A stretch of DNA of 64,000 nt, taken from positions 62,001 to 126,000 of the forward strand of contig CDMY01000272.1 in NCBI GenBank assembly GCA_001179505.1. Reading direction: 5' to 3'. A model generated the notes under the pieces. It saw only the letters and a list, made by a program, of their open reading frames with translations, had not been told where the DNA came from and searched no databases. Position 1 is the first letter of the stretch, and the number at the start of each line of letters is the position of its first letter. This document shows positions 58,804 to 64,000 of this stretch, in pieces. The position numbers were made by a program, and so were the translations under genes. Source of the stretch: Vitrella brassicaformis CCMP3155 (taxonomy: Eukaryota > Protista > Chromerida).

Positions 58804-60815
58804 ATGAGCAGCTTGCCGCCGCCCTATGAGGCAGACGATGTCCCTCTCCGGCCCAAGGGAGCCAGTCCGCCTCCGCCTCCGCCTCCGCCTCCGCTCTGCG
58901 ACTACCCCCTGCCTGTGGATGGGAGCGATGCGTCACTGTCGGACACCTACGACCTTCAGCACACGCACAGCGATGCGTTCGTGGCCTCTTCCATGCTTCC
59001 GAGTGGCATCCTTTGGGCGCGCAGCATGGACGACCATCCCGAGCATCCCGAGCACTCTGTGACAGACCACCCGGAGCCGCCGCCACTCTATCGAGAGCCG
59101 ACGCATTATGGCTCGTCCTATCAGCCTCACACACGTCGAATGATTGCGCCCCCTCCCGCTCCGCCGCAGTCAGCGCCCGAGAGTGCGTCCAGGCTGGTGA
59201 CCGACCTCTACCGAGATGACAGCACCACAGGAACTGAGTACATGGGGCGTACGAGCTCGGGCACCAGCACCACACTTGCTCTCCCTCCTCTCATGCACGC
59301 ACCGACGGCCTCAACCTTGACCTCGTCGCAGTCGCCGTGTGAGAGAGGAAGGGGGCCTCTGCCTCAGTTGCCCACAGCTGGGCACACTGGGGAAGGCAAG
59401 CCGCGGGGCTATGACGGTCGGCTGGTCGCGGAGGCGAGCCCACTGCTACCACCGCCTTATCGTGAACCTCCAGTGGGGCCGCTGAGTGGTGGCCTGGATG
59501 ACAGCGGTGATCCATATCTTGACCCGAGGCAGCAGGCTGCGACCTTGAGGCACAGCGACCCTCATCTCAGCCATCACCACCCATCAGCCCCGCCCCATCC
59601 GTTCATCCTCCCGCCCCCTTCGCGCCCCATGACTCACTCCGATGACCGGCACTCGAGTGTGACGACGCTGAGGGAGCCGCCGGCGCACCATCATGCTCGT
59701 TCCGGCCCCCCACCCATTCCACCCGCTTATGCGCCACCCATGCACGGCGCCTTTGGCAGTGGATTGCTGCCCATGCCGGCTCCACTGAGTGCGGGACATC
59801 CGTCGGCTGGGCTCTATCACTACGGCGGCGACGGGAGGGGTCGGGGGTATGGCTACCGGGGGCGAGGGCGGCAGGAGAAGAGGGGCAGGGGAGTCAGGAG
59901 TGGTGCGAGGGAGCCCAGGGACCCCAACCGTAAGCAAAGCACCCGACATCAACAGACGGGGCGCACACAAATTCCCTTGAATGTACCTACCTATGTCATG
60001 TGATGTGTGTGGTGCACGTCAGGTCCTCGGTGGGATGTCATTCGTCGGAGTATCCGCGACCTGCTGGAGAGCAATGTGGAGGAGGAGTCCGGCATACTCC
60101 TCTCGCAGCTCAAGCCACTGATCAGTAAGCACCCACCCACTCACTCACTAAGTCACTCACAAAGCCGTTGCCGTCGCATTCCTTACCGCCTCCTTCCTCA
60201 ATCAGCACCACTTGTTTGTCATGTCTTCTTCTCATGTCAGAGGTGCAGGTGGACCCCTCCTTTCACGAACGACACTATGGCTTCGTCAAGTTCTCCGCCC
60301 TCCTGAGAGAGATGGAGGAGCTGGGCGACCTCGAGTTCGCTTCCGAGCCACCGCAGGACATCTCAGCAGATACTGACCAGTCAAGCTCTCAGCAGCAGGT
60401 GACGGATCTGCGTGTGCGGCCCGCTCGTTTCAAGGTCAACGTCAAGGCGGCGTCGGAGCACTCTCTGCAGCCAAGTGATCGGCACACAGAGAGCGGCGTC
60501 GCCTCGGCTGGGAGCCTGCAGAGCCCTCTGCCGAGCCCATTGCCTGCTGAGGACGTCCTGGCTGAGGAGCGGGAGGTATACATTCAGTACATGCAGCAGA
60601 TTGCGCGGTCGATACCCCCGCCGCACCCACGGACACCGCCACGGGTACGCGGACATGACGGAGCAATGAGCGCACCGACACCCACCCATGTTTCCCCTAA
60701 ATTGTGTCTGTGTGTTCAGCCACCGGCCGGCCCCTCTGCTGCCTCTTCTAGCCGCGACGAGGGCCAGGGACTGCAATCGCGGCAAGGCGTACATCATAAG
60801 GCTACTGCATTGTAG
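58804..60815 (+). CDS. LOTUS/OST-HTH (LabA-like C-terminal type) domain protein with a Pro-rich disordered N-terminus and an RG-rich patch
   Basis: Spliced: PRWDVIRRSIRDLLESNVEEESGILLSQLKPLI|KVQVDPSFHERHYGFVKFSALLREMEELGDLEF, matching the L.LS.LK..I....PSF.ER.YGF.KF..LL pattern. It is preceded by GRGRGYGYRGRGRQEKRGRG. The stop is TAG 60813-60815. Confidence 0.85.
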
Positions 60816-62455
60816 GGGGGGTAGGGGGGGAGGGATGGGTGTTGGGAGGAATGGGGATCATTTTGACTTGACGACAGGGCGTGCAGATATCACGCCTTCG
60901 TGTCGGCTAGCTCCCTCCTGTTTCTCAGCCATCTTGCTCGGCACCAGCGACAGACCGGCCGACAGACCGATGTTCCGGTGTTCTGTCGAGCTGTCGTCGC
61001 TGGCCAGCAAGTAGCTCATGCCTCCTGCCCATGTGTCGATGGATGGATGGATGCCCACTTTCTCATACGCTGTTTGTCGCCTGCCTGCCTGCCTGCCTGC
61101 CTGCCGGTGTGCCTGATCAATTTGACTGACTGACTGACTGACTTACTGCAGTGAGTGTCAGGTCAGCCCACTTCTCGGGCTGCACCTGCGTCTTCTCTTA
61201 GGAAGAAATGGGTGGGGTGGGGTGTATGGCTGCCTTGCATTGCTCTACGTGTACCTGGATGGATGGATGGAGCACAGCATCGGTTTGTGGCTTGTCTGTC
61301 TGTTTGCTGACTTGGCGTCTGGCGCCGACGCAGCACATCCCAAATTACACGGATTGGTACTGGGGGGCGTGAGCCAGACAGCCCAGTGAGCCAGACAGAC
61401 ATCCGTGCCGGCAGAGCTGTCTCCATCCCATCCAACACTTGGCTTATTTTTGTGTATCTGCCTGTCTGTCTGTCTGTCTGTCGTGCTGAGGTAGGGATCG
61501 GTTGACGCTCATAACCAACCATACAGGGCATTAGCCCAGGCAGTGTGCGGTCTGGTGCAACTATGCAAGACGGGCCGGGGAGGACCACCAGCCCTTTTCT
61601 TGACTGATGACTTTGCTAAGGAAGTTGACTGAGGTGGTCGCAGTGGGAGGGAGGGAGGGGAGGCAGAGGAGTCTGGGGGCCTGTGTGCTATTGGGGCAAG
61701 GGAGGAGAGAATTCGGCTTGTCTGGGACGTTGGGGGGAGCACTGATTTTGACACGGGCCACACAAACACGGACACGGAGACAGAGAGCCACAGCTTTTTC
61801 ATTCTCACTGAGAGGGGGAGGAGGAGAGGGCGAGAACTGGGTGAGCTAGGGGTGTGTGTGTGTGGGAAGGGGGCATGACTGATATGGGTGCTGGAGTGCG
61901 TCCGGGTTTCTGCTGCTGCACAGCACCGTCAATCGGCTGACGGACCGACCGACTGACTGGGAGAGAGGATGTGCAAAGACGGGCTCTCAGCTTGACTAGT
62001 AACTTGCCTGCCTGCCTGCCTGACTGCTGGATAGATAGATGTGCAAAGACATCCTGAGTGATGGACACACGTGTGTGTGTGTGCGTGTGTGTGCATGTGT
62101 ATGTGACATGAATGAGGACTCAGAGGCTCGTCAGTCAGCGAGTCGGGAACACACTGTGGGCGGGGCGATGGGATCGTGCAGTCATCGATCCGTCCGTCCA
62201 CCAAACATACCATTGCACGCCTTCCTTCCTTCGTCCATCGACACGATACATGATCACTGAGTGAATGAATGAGATAAGTAGAAAGAAGAAAGGGCACTCG
62301 TGCGGGCACACACACACATGCGCAGCAAAAAGACCACCGCCGTGCATTTAGTGCATTTAGTCGGCCGCTCATCGTCTACTATGTACAGGACACACACCAC
62401 ACACACCACTCCGCCGCACCGCGCCACTCACGCGTGTGTCTAAGTGTGTTGTGCC

Positions 62456-63192
62456 TCAGATCTGCATGGCGTATATGGTGACGATGCAGTCCATCGTGTC
62501 GTTGCCAACCTGCATGCAGCACAAACCTGACACACACACACACACACAATCCGCCACGCGCACAAGTCAGGAGCCGTCAATCTGGCTGACCGTCAGTCTT
62601 GGTGTCCCAGAACGCGGTCGCCGCCGTATGCAGCGGGGCGCCGTTCTTTTGCATGATGATGCACGTCACTGCATGGCACGAGCAGAACAGACGAGAGAGG
62701 CGGTACGGTCACAACCGTGCCTTCCTTCTCACTCGTGTGCTTCTCTCTGCGTGTGTGGATGTCTACCGCAGTATTTGAACGGCTTGTCGAGTTTCGATAG
62801 CTCCTTGAGGCAGCTGTCGATGATCTGCTGGCACCACTGGTTGACCTTCTCACGCGTGTACGTCACGTTGGTCAACGTCGAGTTGATGGCCTGAATGAAT
62901 GAAAGTCACACACCACGCCGGGCACTCACTCAAGCGTGTGCGGCTGCCCTCGTGCTTTGCAGCCTAGCCTCTCTGTGCTCTTTCTGCCCACGTGTTTGGC
63001 GATTTCCTGCACCTGCTCCGTCACAAACTCATTCTGAGTCAAGCAAATCACATGCAGCAACACAACGAACAGGGACACATTCCATCAACTCGCAAGAAGG
63101 AAGCTGCTTCTCGCAAATTGTGCGCTCAGGCTGCTCAAGTGAGGATGCCCGGCTGCCTGCCCAGCCCCTCTGACCTCTCCCTCGTCGTCCAT
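62456..63192 (-). CDS. DYNLT: Dynein light chain, Tctex-1 type
   Basis: MDDEGE|[14 protein letters not shown]|[41 protein letters not shown]|[26 protein letters not shown]|[23 protein letters not shown]; all five exons splice in frame. Confidence 0.96.
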
Positions 63193-63487
63193 CGCCGCAA
63201 CAGCCACTCACAACCGACACGAGACCGCGATCGAACCTGACGCTTCCTCTATGCTCCAAGGCACCTCAGGCACCTTCACAAGCCCCTCAGAAGTCCCCAA
63301 AGGTCCAGGGAAGTGTTAAGGACTGCGAGCTTCGAAACGATCGCCGGCATTTCTGCGAAGGGGGGGAAAGCGGGAAGCGTGTGGCGTAGAGGGAGGCGTC
63401 GTGGGTTGGTTTGTGTGTGAATTGCCGTTGTACCAAGTTTCAAGTTCCCGCCATTGCATCGAGACAAGGGTGTAGACTCGGGGTGCG

Positions 63488-64000
63488 ATGGCGTCTGAGG
63501 AAGCTCCCGTGGAGGGGTTGCAGCCCACCGAGGGCGAAGCGACCGGTGACCAGCAACAGAACGGACAGGATGCCGGCGGCGTCGCCGTCGGCAGACCCCT
63601 AGGACAGCAGGTCAGACCACACACAGATGCACCACTGTGGCCGAATGCATGCACCTCTGGCCTCGCTGTCGGTTGGGATGTGTGCAGGAGGAGGCTCCCA
63701 AGGGTAAACGGAACCAACATCGCGCTGGCGTGGTTGGCAAAGCTGTGAGACATTTGTTTCTGTGTGTGGCGGTTCAGAGGGTGTGGAGGTTGCCCAGTGG
63801 ACCGACGAGGAGGATCTGCGTTTGGCTCAGCTGTGTCAGGAGAAAGGGGAGGAGATAAACTGGGAGGAAGTGGCCAAGTCGTTCCCGAAGAGGTGTGTGG
63901 AGGGTGGGGTGGATCTCACACTCACACACACAAAGCCTGAGACGGACTGAATGCTGGCGTACGGAATGGTGGCTGTGTGTTGGTGTCTGGATGGATGGAT
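63488..64000 (+). CDS. Myb/SANT-repeat protein, 5' part only (truncated by the window end)
   Basis: MASEEAPVEG.., then the exon QWTDEEDLRLAQLCQEKGEEINWEEVAKSFPKR| with Myb W-x19-W spacing. Confidence 0.8.

Overview
Eukaryotic, GC-rich, intron-dense genomic DNA. Introns are short GT-AG introns filled with (CA)n, (GGAT)n, (CAGA)n and (CTGA)n microsatellites, so the ORF track mostly shows exon fragments and antisense shadows. The style suggests a chromerid alveolate such as Vitrella, which is an inference and not a determination. By reading splice sites by hand I reconstruct 17 spliced protein-coding genes: PIMT/PCMT (-), a U-box + ubiquitin-like E3 (+), a jacalin lectin (+), PRL phosphatase (-), an MFSD5-type transporter (+), cyclin L (-), a senescence/spartin-domain protein (+), an atypical Ser/Thr kinase (-), a NYN/LabA-type nuclease (+), a multi-EF-hand calcyphosin-like protein (-), a dynein-stalk-like + Nup98-autoprotease-domain protein (+), a two-FAS1 secreted protein (-), an Rdx + NPHP4-type Ig-repeat protein (+), a long coiled-coil protein (-), a LOTUS/OST-HTH protein (+), a Tctex-1 dynein light chain (-) and a Myb protein (+, cut by the window edge). 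Other contents are five 300-N gaps, an exact triplication at 1.2-4.9 kb that is probably an assembly overlap, a decayed non-LTR retrotransposon fragment, and a structured 4.6-kb intergenic region. No rRNA, tRNA or CRISPR array was seen. The best leads are: near-perfect strand alternation into head-to-head gene pairs; an FG-less Nup98-type domain ending exactly at the HF cleavage site and joined to a dynein-MTBD-like domain; an Rdx(CxxN)-acidic spacer-2x NPHP4-Ig fusion; NYN and LOTUS halves of the LabA-like architecture on separate genes; and an in-frame TAG after an N-terminal membrane anchor in the U-box gene. All domain calls come from motif recall without any database search, and exon boundaries are manual.
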